Virus genome (UHGV): UHGV-1366976
Origin: a virus
Direction: 5' to 3' (one strand)
Length of the DNA stretch: 64,000 bases
Below the pieces are notes generated by a model. It saw nothing but the letters and a program-made list of their open reading frames with translations. It was not told the origin of the DNA and searched no databases. The number at the start of each line of letters is the position of its first letter. Positions within the stretch are counted from its first letter, which is position 1. The translations under genes and the position numbers were made by a program. This document shows positions 1-10,227 of this stretch, in pieces.

Positions 1-2
1 CA

Positions 3-166
3 TTCTATGATGATCCAGTAAGAAATAAAGTTCCACATCCTGATGGAGGTGTTACAGAGTCTTATAGATATGACATTCTTTATATTGGTTCTACAGAAGA
101 GCCTAATATCCAAATTGCTAAGATTAAAGGTGAAGAGGAACATAGAGGATATCAGTTTGGGTTAAT
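3..166 (+). CDS. 5' exon (partial, continues upstream of window) of an intron-interrupted gene of unknown function; translation ...FYDDPVRNKVPHPDGGVTESYRYDILYIGSTEEPNIQIAKIKGEEEHRGYQFGLI
   Basis: Frame 3 is open from the window start to a TAA at 186-188. The proposed 5' splice site follows the T at 166, which lies 47 nt upstream of the P element AATTGCTGGAA. Introns 2 and 3 in this window show the same 47-48 nt spacing. Confidence 0.35.
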
Positions 167-986
167 ACAGCAAAGAAAGGTTGCCTAAGCTCAAACTTTA
201 ATAAACACTGTGAATTGCTGGAAACTCTTTAGAGCTTCAAGTACTAATTAATAAAAAATAAAATATGGAAATTTGGAAAGACATTAAAGATTTTGAAGGT
301 TATTATCAGATTTCAAATCTTGGAAATGTTAAATCTCTAGATAGAGAAATGATTGTAAATGGTGGTATTAGAAGATATTATTCAAAACCTATCACCCAAT
401 CAATAGAAAAAGATGGTTATTTAACTGTGACATTATGGAAAAATTCTAAGAGTAAATCTTTTAGGGTACATAGATTAGTTGCAGAAGCTTTTATAGAAAA
501 TCCAAATAATTATGAAATAGTAAATCATTTGGATGGAAATAAACAAAATAACACTGTTGGAAATTTAGAATGGTGTACTATTAAGGAAAACACTAATCAT
601 GCTTTTAGAACAGGTTTAAGAAAATCTGGTGAAAAACATAGATGGTCTAAATTAACAGAATTTCAAGTAAAACAAATACCTAATTTATTAAATCAAGGTT
701 TTTCTCAAAAATATATTTCTAAATTATATGGAGTTTCTTACTCTTGTATTAAGAATATATGTCAAGGAAGAAAATGGAGATTTTTAATTAGTGACAATCT
801 TGAAGATTAGACAATCAGCAGCTTAGCTCTAGAAATAGAGAAAGTTCAGAGGCCATCCCTTTAGGGAGTACCCATAAGCATGGGGAAGTGCAGTGCTTCT
901 TTATATTAGAAGATATAAAGAATGAAGATATGGTCCAACCTCTATAGAGATATAGAGAACACTTTAAAAGTGTTATACAAGATTAG
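167..986 (+). mobile_element. Group I intron carrying an HNH homing-endonuclease ORF. P is at about 214-226 (AATTGCTGGAAAC), Q at about 814-823 (AATCAGCAGC), R at about 843-854 (GTTCAGAGGCCA) and S at about 926-937 (AAGATATGGTCC).
   Basis: The canonical P, Q, R and S core elements occur in the correct order, with the ORF sitting between P and Q. Intron 2 (17608-17880) and intron 3 (55334-56382, minus) have nearly identical cores. The boundaries are approximate, especially the 3' splice site. Confidence 0.6.
265..810 (+). CDS. HNH homing endonuclease (intron-encoded)
   Basis: The N-terminus WKDIKDFEGYYQISNLGNVKS is a NUMOD4-like motif typical of I-HmuI-type HNH_3 endonucleases. HRLVAEAF...NHLDGNKQNN forms the HNH core, and the C-terminus (KLTEFQVKQI...GVSYSCIKNICQG) resembles a sigma-70 region-4-like HTH. 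The ORF lies inside the core elements of a group I intron. Confidence 0.8.
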   Translation: MEIWKDIKDFEGYYQISNLGNVKSLDREMIVNGGIRRYYSKPITQSIEKDGYLTVTLWKNSKSKSFRVHRLVAEAFIENPNNYEIVNHLDGNKQNNTVGNLEWCTIKENTNHAFRTGLRKSGEKHRWSKLTEFQVKQIPNLLNQGFSQKYISKLYGVSYSCIKNICQGRKWRFLISDNLED

Positions 987-1152
987 CGACCTTGTGTTAA
1001 TAAATAATGTTAGAAATCCTTTCACAGGTCAAATGAACAATAATAATATGTCATTTGATGAAGACTCTTGTGTGATCCATAAGATGGCTTCTTTAGGAGC
1101 ATTTATTTTGGATGCTGAAAGAACTATGAGTTTAATTTATAGAGCTGTTTAA
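987..1152 (+). CDS. 3' exon of the intron-interrupted gene; C-terminus ...DLVLINNVRNPFTGQMNNNNMSFDEDSCVIHKMASLGAFILDAERTMSLIYRAV
   Basis: Only the frame of the ORF-track entry 922-1152 is open through to the TAA at 1150-1152. The S element sits inside that ORF's 5' part, so the annotated Met at 922 is intron sequence. The exon start is a best guess (G at 986, in-phase with exon 1); 1014 and 1029 are alternatives. Confidence 0.3.
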
Positions 1153-1159
1153 TTGAATA

Positions 1160-1186
1160 GGGGAGGAAGAATCCTCCCCAAAATAT
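1160..1186 (+). terminator. GC hairpin GGGGAGG-AAGAAT-CCTCCCC downstream of the exon-2 stop
   Basis: A perfect 7-bp GC-rich stem lies immediately after the stop codon. It is followed by an A-rich rather than a T-rich run, so it may act in either direction. Confidence 0.4.
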
Positions 1187-1202
1187 ATTTAAGGAGAAGA
1201 AG

Positions 1203-2081
1203 ATGGTAGAAACAAAATCAAAAGGGATTGTATCTTGTTTAAAAGATAATAAGGTTATTGTTAGATTTATTAGGAAACCAGATGGGTTTGTTACTAATCC
1301 TAAAAATCCTCAATATGGAGGATTGTCTATGGGAGCTAGTATTGTGTTAACAGTACCAGTATTAAGAAATGGTTCTTATAAAAATGTTTTAACAGATAGT
1401 GAAAAAGCATTCTTGGAGGAAACATTAGGACTTGAATCAGGTGCTTTATCTGTACATAGAAAAGAAAATAACTATTGGGATAATTTTAATGTGGCTCTAA
1501 AAAAAGAAGATACTACATTTAATCTAAGTGATCCTATTGACTACATTAAATATAAAGTAGTTGTTAATAATACTGATTTAGTAGCCCCTTCATTGGAAGA
1601 TCTTCAGTCTAAGAAGTTGGGTACTTGGAGATTTGTAATTATTAATGAGGGAGAAGAATTAGCTCAAAAAACTGCTGTTGCTAATGCTAGAGCACAAGCT
1701 TATATTCTATTAGGATCTATTAAAGAGAATAAGCCTAAAGTTAAAACTATTGTACAGTTACTAACTAATAAACCTATTAATAACAATACTAAATTAGATC
1801 AACTGGTTGTATGGGCAACAGAAGAAATTGAAAAGGAACCCAAGAAATTTTTACAGATTGCTAATGATGAATTCTTAGATACTAAGATTAATATTATTGA
1901 AGCAATAGAATATGGAATAATGAAGAAAAGAGGAGACTTTTATTTCATGGCAGATAATACACCAGTATGTGAAAAAAATGAAGAGCCTACACTAGATAAT
2001 TGTGTTAAATTCTTGAATAGTCCTAAGAACCAAACAATTTATCTTAAATTACAATCTCAAATCAAAAATGCTCAAGAATAA
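1203..2081 (+). CDS. hypothetical virion-module protein (292 aa)
   Basis: Long ORF in a co-oriented, tightly packed gene block. I recognise no motif. Confidence 0.55.
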   Translation: MVETKSKGIVSCLKDNKVIVRFIRKPDGFVTNPKNPQYGGLSMGASIVLTVPVLRNGSYKNVLTDSEKAFLEETLGLESGALSVHRKENNYWDNFNVALKKEDTTFNLSDPIDYIKYKVVVNNTDLVAPSLEDLQSKKLGTWRFVIINEGEELAQKTAVANARAQAYILLGSIKENKPKVKTIVQLLTNKPINNNTKLDQLVVWATEEIEKEPKKFLQIANDEFLDTKINIIEAIEYGIMKKRGDFYFMADNTPVCEKNEEPTLDNCVKFLNSPKNQTIYLKLQSQIKNAQE

Positions 2082-2788
2082 TGAATAATTCTAAAGAATG
2101 GATAGAGAGTTTTAATTTACATTATAATAATTCTGATAAGTCTGCTCCTGAGTTGAATTCTTATGAAATATCTTTGTTTCTAACACAAGCACAGGATGAA
2201 ATTGTAAAAGAATTTTATTCTGGTAAAAATATATACCATGAAGCTGTGGATAGTACAGAACATATAAGGACAGCTTTGGAATATCTTGTTAGAACAGAAA
2301 CATTGAATCCATTAGAATTATCTAAATATAGAGGTTATAATCAAGCTAGATTTAAAACTGCAGATAATATCTGGTATCCAATTAATGAACAAGTAATTAT
2401 ACCTAATTGGCCATTAACTATCTTAGTTATTCCTACTACATGGGATGAATTAAATGTTAATCTTATCAATCCTTTTAAAAAGCCTAATGAGAGGAAAGTA
2501 TTTAAATTAACTAAGAATGATGGTATCTATATTATCTCTAGTAAAGAACCTACTAGCTATGAAGTAACTTATTTAATAGAACCAGAACCTATAATACTAG
2601 AAGATCTTTCAACTGGATTATATGAAGGTATGGGATTATCTATTAAAGGAGAGACTAAAGAAACTCTTTGTAAATTAGGTTCTAATATACATTTAAATAT
2701 ATTGAATAGAGCTGTAGAATTAGCTTTAAGAGATTATAATCCCTCTAATTTAGAAGCTCATGTTCAATTAAATCAAAGAAACTTTTAA
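2081..2788 (+). CDS. hypothetical virion-module protein (235 aa)
   Basis: Its ATG overlaps the upstream stop (ATGA), consistent with translational coupling to 1203-2081. Confidence 0.55.
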   Translation: MNNSKEWIESFNLHYNNSDKSAPELNSYEISLFLTQAQDEIVKEFYSGKNIYHEAVDSTEHIRTALEYLVRTETLNPLELSKYRGYNQARFKTADNIWYPINEQVIIPNWPLTILVIPTTWDELNVNLINPFKKPNERKVFKLTKNDGIYIISSKEPTSYEVTYLIEPEPIILEDLSTGLYEGMGLSIKGETKETLCKLGSNIHLNILNRAVELALRDYNPSNLEAHVQLNQRNF

Positions 2789-2801
2789 AATTAAAATATA
2801 A

Positions 2802-3872
2802 ATGAGTGCTTTATCAAATCAACAGGTAAGACATATGTATGTTGTTACTGGAGCATCTTCTGCTGCTGCTCCTTCTAATTTTACTTCAGCTACTACTGGA
2901 CAAGCTGCTGTATTTAATGATCTTGGAGCTAAGACTGCTGGTAACTATGCATATTTCTTATATAAAAATAATAAAGGATATATCTCTAAAACAGATAATA
3001 TCTATAAAGATCAAGTAGTATATGCTAAGACTACTGATTATGCTCCAGAATCATTTAAAGAAGTAATTGTAACTCCAGTTAATGTAACTGCTGGTGTTAA
3101 ATATGTTCTTGAAATTCAATTCTTGGATTGGTATTCAGTAAGTCCTGAAAATCAATATTTTAAGTTAGCATCTTATACTGCTAAAACTGGAGATGATGCA
3201 GAAGCTGTAGTTGATGGTCTTGTTAAAGATCTAGCTTATCAGTTTATGCATGAAACTGGATCTTTCACTTCATCTTTCCAGTATACTCCTAAAGGTGGAA
3301 CTGCTATTAAGCTTCCTGGAAATAAATATTTGGAATTCTCTAAAAGTGGAGCAACTACTGCAGCTACTCTAGTAATTAAAGAGAAAGAACAATACTCTAA
3401 TAAGGATAAAGTTCCTGCAAAGAAACTTATGTTCAATGTTAACATTCCTACTGGTGAGGGAGAAATGACTACTGAAGATAAATTTGTTGATGCTGCAGGT
3501 ACTGAAGTTAAATATCATAGTCTTGGTCAAGGTAATGGTAAAGTTATTGCTGAACAAGAATGGTTCTATTTAGGAGAAAGAGGAGATATCTATAGAAATA
3601 TGGGTTATCCTAATAACTTTGAAACTTCTTACATGGCTGATGCATCTAAAGGCTATGTAATGGTAGATATTACTTTCTTCTATCAAGGACATAATGAAGA
3701 TGTACAGAAATCACAAAAACAATTGTATTTTGTATTCCCATTTGATCTAGATGGAAATAAAAAACCAGTAAAAGCTAGTCATAATGCTGCTAAAGCTGCT
3801 GCTAAGACTTTAACTGATACTTTGGGGACTATTCTAGGAATTACTATTAATTCTTTGTCTCCTACAGATTAA
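2802..3872 (+). CDS. abundant virion structural protein (possible major capsid or major head/tail protein, 356 aa)
   Basis: The N-terminus is rich in Ala, Thr and Ser. A strong rho-independent terminator follows directly, which is typical of highly expressed major structural genes. Its fold cannot be determined by eye. Confidence 0.4.
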   Translation: MSALSNQQVRHMYVVTGASSAAAPSNFTSATTGQAAVFNDLGAKTAGNYAYFLYKNNKGYISKTDNIYKDQVVYAKTTDYAPESFKEVIVTPVNVTAGVKYVLEIQFLDWYSVSPENQYFKLASYTAKTGDDAEAVVDGLVKDLAYQFMHETGSFTSSFQYTPKGGTAIKLPGNKYLEFSKSGATTAATLVIKEKEQYSNKDKVPAKKLMFNVNIPTGEGEMTTEDKFVDAAGTEVKYHSLGQGNGKVIAEQEWFYLGERGDIYRNMGYPNNFETSYMADASKGYVMVDITFFYQGHNEDVQKSQKQLYFVFPFDLDGNKKPVKASHNAAKAAAKTLTDTLGTILGITINSLSPTD

Positions 3873-3883
3873 TATATAACATG

Positions 3884-3916
3884 GGGAGATGGTGTAATAC
3901 TGTCTCCCCTTTTTTA
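3884..3916 (+). terminator. rho-independent terminator GGGGAGA-loop-TCTCCCC followed by TTTTTTT
   Basis: A 7-bp GC stem plus a 7-T run lie 12 nt after the stop of the 356-aa gene. Confidence 0.7.
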
Positions 3917-3924
3917 TTTTAACT

Positions 3925-4527
3925 ATGGTAGAAATACATGAATGTAGAGTGTCTCCATTAGGAGATGGAATTTTTCTCTGGACTAATGTAATAGATGGTC
4001 CAGATTATGCCAATGTCTTTCTAGAAAAGATAGCCATTGTGCAGTATGATAAATTTACTATAGATTATCCTGATAAGCAAAATATTTTAGTTGAACTCAC
4101 TGGAGAAAATTTAGGTGAAGATAGAAAAGAAGTTAAAATGACTATTTCTAGTGCAGCTTTTGATTTTGAAAGGTATTTTTATTTTGTTTATATTAAAACT
4201 ATTGGACAACCTACTTCTAGTAATGGAACAGAGACTTACTGTGATTCAGATCTAGTAATTTCAGCTGCTGTTAATCTTTTACCACTTTATCACACTAAAA
4301 TTAAATTACTTAAAGAATATGTAAAAACATGTGGTAAAAATGAACAGTTAATTATAGATATTATTTTAAAAGAAGAAATTTTTAAGAATTCTCTAACTTT
4401 AGGAGAATTTTCTACATCTGTTCAAATATGGGATGATCTATTAAACTATGATTTAGCTCAAGCTAATCATAAAACCTCATATGAGGGATATAAAAATGTA
4501 CAAAATAACAAACAAATCACACTATGA
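3925..4527 (+). CDS. hypothetical protein (200 aa)
   Basis: ORF whose stop overlaps the start of the giant fibre gene (ATGA at 4524). Confidence 0.5.
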   Translation: MVEIHECRVSPLGDGIFLWTNVIDGPDYANVFLEKIAIVQYDKFTIDYPDKQNILVELTGENLGEDRKEVKMTISSAAFDFERYFYFVYIKTIGQPTSSNGTETYCDSDLVISAAVNLLPLYHTKIKLLKEYVKTCGKNEQLIIDIILKEEIFKNSLTLGEFSTSVQIWDDLLNYDLAQANHKTSYEGYKNVQNNKQITL

Positions 4528-7500
4528 TAAATACATTAACAACTTTGTATTCATCATTAAAATCATATTATAATAATCTCATTGTTTATGGCCATTCCTA
4601 TGAAAATAGGAAACTTATCATCTTAAAGGGTGTTTTAGATGTTATTAAAGAGTTAAGATGTTATTCTTATACTTCTAATCAAGATATCACAGATATTTAT
4701 TCTATAGTAGAATATATAGTTAATTCTTCAGATATTTTTAAAAAGGAATATGCTCCTACCAATAATGCAACTAATTATTTTAAAGATGTTCCTTCACAAT
4801 TTTATCCTAAAGGAGAATATAATATTAAAGAATCATTAGTAACAGTAATTGCTAATACTACAGCTTTTAAATATGATGGAGAAGGAACAGTATTTCCTAA
4901 TGAAATAAATCTTCAAGCTGTAGCTTATAATTTTACTCCTTCCACTAATTCAGCTAGAAAATGGGAATATTCTAATGGTGGTACTTATAGAATTATTGAA
5001 GGAGCAACATCTGATAATTTAACTGTAACTCCAGATTCAGAGTTATGGAATAATACTGATATGATTTCATTAAGATATACTGTTAATGATATCTATACTA
5101 ACCAACTAACAATCTTTAAAGTTAGAGATGGTTATGGAGCATATAGTGTAGAAATAACTTCTTCTAATGGTAATATCTTTCAAAACAATAGAATAGATAC
5201 TGAATTATCAACACATGTATATATAGCAGGTTCAGATATTACTAACACTATTCCAGCTGAAGAATTTAGTTGGAAAAGAATTAGTGATGATCCTACATCA
5301 GATACTCAATGGAACAATAAAAATCTTAAAGGTAAAACTATAAGGATTACCAACAAAGATGTTAAAAAGAAAGCTACATTTGTTTGTACTGTTGTTATAG
5401 ATGGTGCTAAGATTATGAATGGTCAAATTACCATTCTAGATCAACTAGATACAACATATATAAGTTCAACATTAGAATCTAATAAATCTTTAGTTCAATT
5501 ATATAATACAGAAGATGGAAAATTAAATCCTGATTGGACTGTTTATCCTTATCTAGTATTAACTCCAGGAGTCTGGTCTGGAGATCCAGAAGATAATCTT
5601 CTTATATCTCAAAAAGAAAATATTAAAGATTTTAAATGGACTAAGAATGGATTATCTATAGAAAATAGTCCTACTCATGTTATAGATGAAAATAAAGTTC
5701 TTACTATCAAAACAAATGAGTTAACTCTTAATCCTAATATTAGATATGGATTTTATGGTGTATATGTAGATCCATTAACTAAAGCTGAGACACCTTTCTA
5801 TTCATCTTTATCATTTGTTAGGGTAGAGACTTCTAGAGTTACTATCCAAGCAGTAATGTTATATCCATTAGGAAGTATTTTTAAAAATGATGATGTAGAT
5901 TTCTTAAAAGCTCATTGTGATTTATGGAGAGGTTCTTATATAGATAATACTGATGTTGAATATAAATGGTTTATAGAAAAACCTGGAGTATTTGATCCTA
6001 AATTTACATCTTCTACTGCAAAAGTTGGAGATAATGTATTACATGTAGATAATACTACAGGAATGGTTAGAGATTCTAATATTAGAATCTTAGGATATGA
6101 TTATGTAGTAGCTACAGTAAATTCTTCTACAACCTTAGTATTAACAGAAACATTAAAACAAGATGTTCCTAGTGGTACTAGAATATATAATCCTTATTAT
6201 AATAGTAGTGGAGGAATAGGATGGGCTTATATTGATGAAGTAAATAATTTTGGAGTTACTGGATATACTACTAATGAAATTATTATTCCAGAATCTACTG
6301 TATTAAATTTTGCAACATTTAAATGTGTTATTACAGATTTAGATTCAAAATCTATTACTTATAATCAATCTGTATATGCCACAGCTTCATTCTTAGACCA
6401 ACAAGATCCTTTACAAATAGCTTTTAATACTCCTGAAGGAACTATCTTTAAAAATAAAACAGGAACTATTACAATAGAAGCTGAAGTATGGAGAAATGGT
6501 GAAGAACTTGATGAAGATGGATCAACTTATATTTATGATTGGATTCAATATGATAAAGATGGACAAGTTATTTCTACTTTCTCTAGAATAAATAAAACTA
6601 TTTTAATAACACCAGATGATGTTGATTCTAAATCTAATTTTGAAGTTAGATTGAAAAACTCTTTAGGAGAGGTAATTGCTAAAGGAAGAATCACCATTGT
6701 AGATATTATTGATGGTAGTAATAGTGTTATTATATATACTAGAGATATGCTTGAACCTATCCAACCTAGAGGAGCTAGTCCAGCAGGATGGAATGTTAAT
6801 CCTAACACATTTGATGAATGGTATGGATTATTATGGCAAGCATTTAATATAAATAATCTAACTGGAGAGCCTTCAGGAGAATGGACTCCTCCATTATTAG
6901 TTGATGAATATACTACTAACATGTTCTTTAGATTCTTATGGAATGAAGGATCAGGAGATTATAGTAAGTATTTACAATATGGAACTAATGCTAATAATAA
7001 AAGGGAGATATTACCTACTCCATTTAATATGCCAGATGTAGTATGGAAATGTATTTCTACTGCTGATGGTGATACAGATGGAGGTTTTTATGTTCCAAAT
7101 ATACCTATTTATCATCATCTTACTTATAGATATTCTATATGGGCAAAACAAATGCAAAGAGATGGTACTATCTTGTTTGGATGTGATCCTAATACTTCAT
7201 TATATTCAGGGCAAACTTCTGATGGTTTATTCTGGGGAGGTGATTTACCAGAATTAAATAAATGGTATTTATTAGTAGGTTATATTAATAGTTCAGAGGA
7301 CAATACAGGAGAAAAATTTGATGCTGGTATATATGATCCTAAAACAGGCAGAAAAGCTTCTGATACAATTAAATTTAGAACTTTTAAATTTAAAAACACT
7401 GATGAAGTTCAAATGTTTAGAGCTTATCAAGGCAGTGCTTTAGGAATAGGTACTGAAGTACATTTTTGGGGTCAGAGATTAGATCTATGCAATAATAGAG

Positions 7501-10214
7501 AACCTTCTATTTCTGAATTATTAAAACAAACAGCTATTGGTACTCCTGCTAGAAGTGTAGAGATACAAGGAGATCAATTATTTAAATATAAAGATGACTT
7601 TAAAGGAGATCCTATTCCTAATGTTATTAATATAATAGCTTTAACACAAAATATTCTTGATCCTCAATATATATGGAGATATAAAACTGAAAACACCAAT
7701 TGGACAGTAATAGAAGATACTACTAATTCTTTAACTATTAGTCCTAATGACCCTAAGATGGGATGGAGCAATGGTAATACTTATGTTACTTATAGAGTAG
7801 ATGTAGGAGATTATTATGATACTCATACTATTGTTAAAATAACTGATGGTATTAATGGAATTAATGGAGCTGATGGTGTAGATGGTACAGATGGTACTTC
7901 TATAGTATGGAAGGGAGAATTTGATTCTCATCCAAATGATCCTCAAAATGGTTGGGCATATAGAAACACCACTGATGGTAAAAGTTATGTATATCAAAGT
8001 GGTTCTTGGTATCAGATGACTATTGATGGTATTAATGGGAAAAATGGTACTGATGGATTAAGTATTATATGGAAAGGAGAATTTAAAAATCCACCTTCTA
8101 ATCCTGAAATTAATTGGGTATATAGAGATATAGATAATGGTAAAGCTTATATTTATAATGGTACAGCATGGGCTTTAATGGTTACTGATGGTTCAGATGG
8201 AACTGATGGTGCTAATGGAGAAAATGGATGGAATGTGTATATAACTTATCATGATTCTGAATTAAAGCCCAATAAGCCTACTGGTAATGGAACTACTAAT
8301 GGATGGCATACTGATACTACAGATAATGTTATATGGATGTCTCAAAAAGTAGCACCTAGTGCTTCTTCAGGTGAATGGGGAGATCCTGTAAAAATTGTTG
8401 GAGTTGATGGATGGTATATAGATTTTAAATATGCTTTAAGTGAAAATATTCCTCCTATACAATATCCTAATGGAAAAAGTCCTGGTACTAATTGGTATGA
8501 TAATCCACCCCAACCATCTGGTAACTTATATGTATGGATGACTAAAATATTAAAAAATCCTATTACTGGAGAAGTAAAAGATGGAGAACAGTGGTCAACA
8601 CCTATTAAATTAACAGGAGATAAAGGAGAAGATTCTTATACTGTAATAGCAGATAAAGAATTTCATGATATACTAGTAGATCCTGGAACTAAAGATACCA
8701 TAAATCCAGATTACTTAGATCCTACTAAATTAGCATTATCAGTATCAACTACATATACAGTTTTAAAAGGTTCTAAAGAACTTATTTATAGACTACAAGG
8801 AGGTACTACTCCTGGAAATAATTATTACTCTATAATAGCTGAACCTGATGAAGGTCTTGAAGTTGGAATTTCAGAAAAAGGACAAATATATCCAACAGTT
8901 TTTAATACTAATAAAACATATCTTTCATGTAAGATAAGAATTTATTGTGAAGATTCAGGAATTAATTTTTTGAAGGTTATTACTTGGAGAAAGATTAATG
9001 AAGAGAATTGGTATCTAGAAGATGCATTAGGAGGAGTGTCTGTTACAGATGGAGGATTATTCTTAACCACTTGGATTAGATTAGGACATGCTAAAAAGAA
9101 GAATGATTTTGAATATGAACTAATTGATGAAAAAGCAGGTATATATGGAGGTAAAAATTTACCTGGAGAATATGAACCTCAAACAGTAAGATTTTATTCT
9201 GGTGGTAATTATGAATCTTCTCAAGAATGGTCTAATTTATATCAAGAATTTTTAGATGGAGATAAAACTCCAGAAAAAAGACAACAATTTTGGAAATATG
9301 ATCCTAGATCTCAAAGTCCCCAAGGAGCCACATTTGTAATTAGAGAAGATGGTCAAATGTTATGCTATGGTGGATATTTCCATGGAGATATTTGGGCTGA
9401 GAATGGTTATTTTAAAGGTAAGATAGAAGCAGATGAAGGATATTTTAAAGGAACTCTAACTGCTACAACAGGAACTATTGGGGGTTTAAATATCTATGAA
9501 GATGGATTTGGTATTAAAGGAGGAAACTTCTATGTAGATTCTAGTGGTAATCTTACTGCTAATAATGCAAATATTAGTGGAGATATTAATGTTACTACAG
9601 GAGGAAGTATTGGTAATTTTTCTGTTTATGATAATTATCTAGAATTTAGAATTCCAGATTCAATTAGTGGAAGAGATCTAGTTGTTAGAATTGGACAATT
9701 AGATAATAGTAGTAATTATGGGATTATAGCAGGAAAAACTAATACAAATAGTGGTACTTTTTTAAGTACAAATCTATCTAAGTTAGTTGTACAAAAAGGA
9801 AACTTCCAATATGATTCTTTAGAAACTTCTTATATAAGAGCCTCACATACCAACAGCACTCAAATAAGTACAGAGGACTTATATTTTAATAAGATGAGAG
9901 TTAATACTGCATTGTCTTCTCAATCTATTAGACTAACTTCATCTAACAAAAATATAACTCTAAATTCAAAATATTCCTTTTATAGACTTAGTACTACAAA
10001 TGGAGATACTTTAGATGGTTGTACAATTTCTGGAACAGGAGACTATGGACAAATAGTTTTTTTATACAATGAAAATTCTAGTCATAGAATTGGAATTGCA
10101 GAAGGTGTATTAATAAGTGGTCATAGACTATATATAGTACAACAGACTGGTGTTATGTTAATGTATATTAATGGATCATGGCATTTAATGCAAAATAAAG
10201 AGAACTGGGAATAA
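4524..10214 (+). CDS. giant tail fibre or tail-spike-like protein with collagen-like segments (1896 aa)
   Basis: Three collagen-like Gly-X-Y tracts (DGINGINGADGVDGTDGTS, DGINGKNGTDGLS, DGSDGTDGANGENG) each precede a repeated ~45-aa module of the form SI(V/I)WKGEF...NP...W(A/V)YR...DGK(S/A)Y(V/I)Y. The protein is rich in Asn, Thr, Ser, Tyr and Gly, as phage fibres and Ig-like domains are. Confidence 0.75.
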   Translation: MINTLTTLYSSLKSYYNNLIVYGHSYENRKLIILKGVLDVIKELRCYSYTSNQDITDIYSIVEYIVNSSDIFKKEYAPTNNATNYFKDVPSQFYPKGEYNIKESLVTVIANTTAFKYDGEGTVFPNEINLQAVAYNFTPSTNSARKWEYSNGGTYRIIEGATSDNLTVTPDSELWNNTDMISLRYTVNDIYTNQLTIFKVRDGYGAYSVEITSSNGNIFQNNRIDTELSTHVYIAGSDITNTIPAEEFSWKRISDDPTSDTQWNNKNLKGKTIRITNKDVKKKATFVCTVVIDGAKIMNGQITILDQLDTTYISSTLESNKSLVQLYNTEDGKLNPDWTVYPYLVLTPGVWSGDPEDNLLISQKENIKDFKWTKNGLSIENSPTHVIDENKVLTIKTNELTLNPNIRYGFYGVYVDPLTKAETPFYSSLSFVRVETSRVTIQAVMLYPLGSIFKNDDVDFLKAHCDLWRGSYIDNTDVEYKWFIEKPGVFDPKFTSSTAKVGDNVLHVDNTTGMVRDSNIRILGYDYVVATVNSSTTLVLTETLKQDVPSGTRIYNPYYNSSGGIGWAYIDEVNNFGVTGYTTNEIIIPESTVLNFATFKCVITDLDSKSITYNQSVYATASFLDQQDPLQIAFNTPEGTIFKNKTGTITIEAEVWRNGEELDEDGSTYIYDWIQYDKDGQVISTFSRINKTILITPDDVDSKSNFEVRLKNSLGEVIAKGRITIVDIIDGSNSVIIYTRDMLEPIQPRGASPAGWNVNPNTFDEWYGLLWQAFNINNLTGEPSGEWTPPLLVDEYTTNMFFRFLWNEGSGDYSKYLQYGTNANNKREILPTPFNMPDVVWKCISTADGDTDGGFYVPNIPIYHHLTYRYSIWAKQMQRDGTILFGCDPNTSLYSGQTSDGLFWGGDLPELNKWYLLVGYINSSEDNTGEKFDAGIYDPKTGRKASDTIKFRTFKFKNTDEVQMFRAYQGSALGIGTEVHFWGQRLDLCNNREPSISELLKQTAIGTPARSVEIQGDQLFKYKDDFKGDPIPNVINIIALTQNILDPQYIWRYKTENTNWTVIEDTTNSLTISPNDPKMGWSNGNTYVTYRVDVGDYYDTHTIVKITDGINGINGADGVDGTDGTSIVWKGEFDSHPNDPQNGWAYRNTTDGKSYVYQSGSWYQMTIDGINGKNGTDGLSIIWKGEFKNPPSNPEINWVYRDIDNGKAYIYNGTAWALMVTDGSDGTDGANGENGWNVYITYHDSELKPNKPTGNGTTNGWHTDTTDNVIWMSQKVAPSASSGEWGDPVKIVGVDGWYIDFKYALSENIPPIQYPNGKSPGTNWYDNPPQPSGNLYVWMTKILKNPITGEVKDGEQWSTPIKLTGDKGEDSYTVIADKEFHDILVDPGTKDTINPDYLDPTKLALSVSTTYTVLKGSKELIYRLQGGTTPGNNYYSIIAEPDEGLEVGISEKGQIYPTVFNTNKTYLSCKIRIYCEDSGINFLKVITWRKINEENWYLEDALGGVSVTDGGLFLTTWIRLGHAKKKNDFEYELIDEKAGIYGGKNLPGEYEPQTVRFYSGGNYESSQEWSNLYQEFLDGDKTPEKRQQFWKYDPRSQSPQGATFVIREDGQMLCYGGYFHGDIWAENGYFKGKIEADEGYFKGTLTATTGTIGGLNIYEDGFGIKGGNFYVDSSGNLTANNANISGDINVTTGGSIGNFSVYDNYLEFRIPDSISGRDLVVRIGQLDNSSNYGIIAGKTNTNSGTFLSTNLSKLVVQKGNFQYDSLETSYIRASHTNSTQISTEDLYFNKMRVNTALSSQSIRLTSSNKNITLNSKYSFYRLSTTNGDTLDGCTISGTGDYGQIVFLYNENSSHRIGIAEGVLISGHRLYIVQQTGVMLMYINGSWHLMQNKENWE
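7843..8232 (+). repeat. three tandem collagen-like (Gly-X-Y) plus WKGEF...YR..DGK.Y.Y modules inside the 1896-aa fibre gene
   Basis: The repetition is visible directly in the translation: ITDGINGINGADGVDGTDGTSIVWKGEF, IDGINGKNGTDGLSIIWKGEF and VTDGSDGTDGANGENGW. Confidence 0.6.
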
Positions 10215-10227
10215 AAATATAAATACT

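Noticed and set aside
922-1152. ORF-track protein of 76 aa starting MKIWSNLYRD
   Set aside because: Its 5' part overlaps the S element (P7) of the group I intron. Only the 3' portion, roughly 987-1152, is likely to be real coding sequence (the 3' exon of the interrupted gene).
3239-3557. two minus-strand ORFs (68 and 62 aa) inside the 356-aa structural gene
   Set aside because: They lie antisense within a well-supported long ORF. They are low-complexity, AT-codon artefacts of the AT-rich genome.
6545-7997. short ORFs 6545-6922 (-), 7066-7257 (+) and 7731-7997 (-) inside the 1896-aa fibre gene
   Set aside because: They are embedded in an uninterrupted 5.7-kb ORF, and Ile/Leu/Ser-rich translations are typical of spurious frames in AT-rich DNA.
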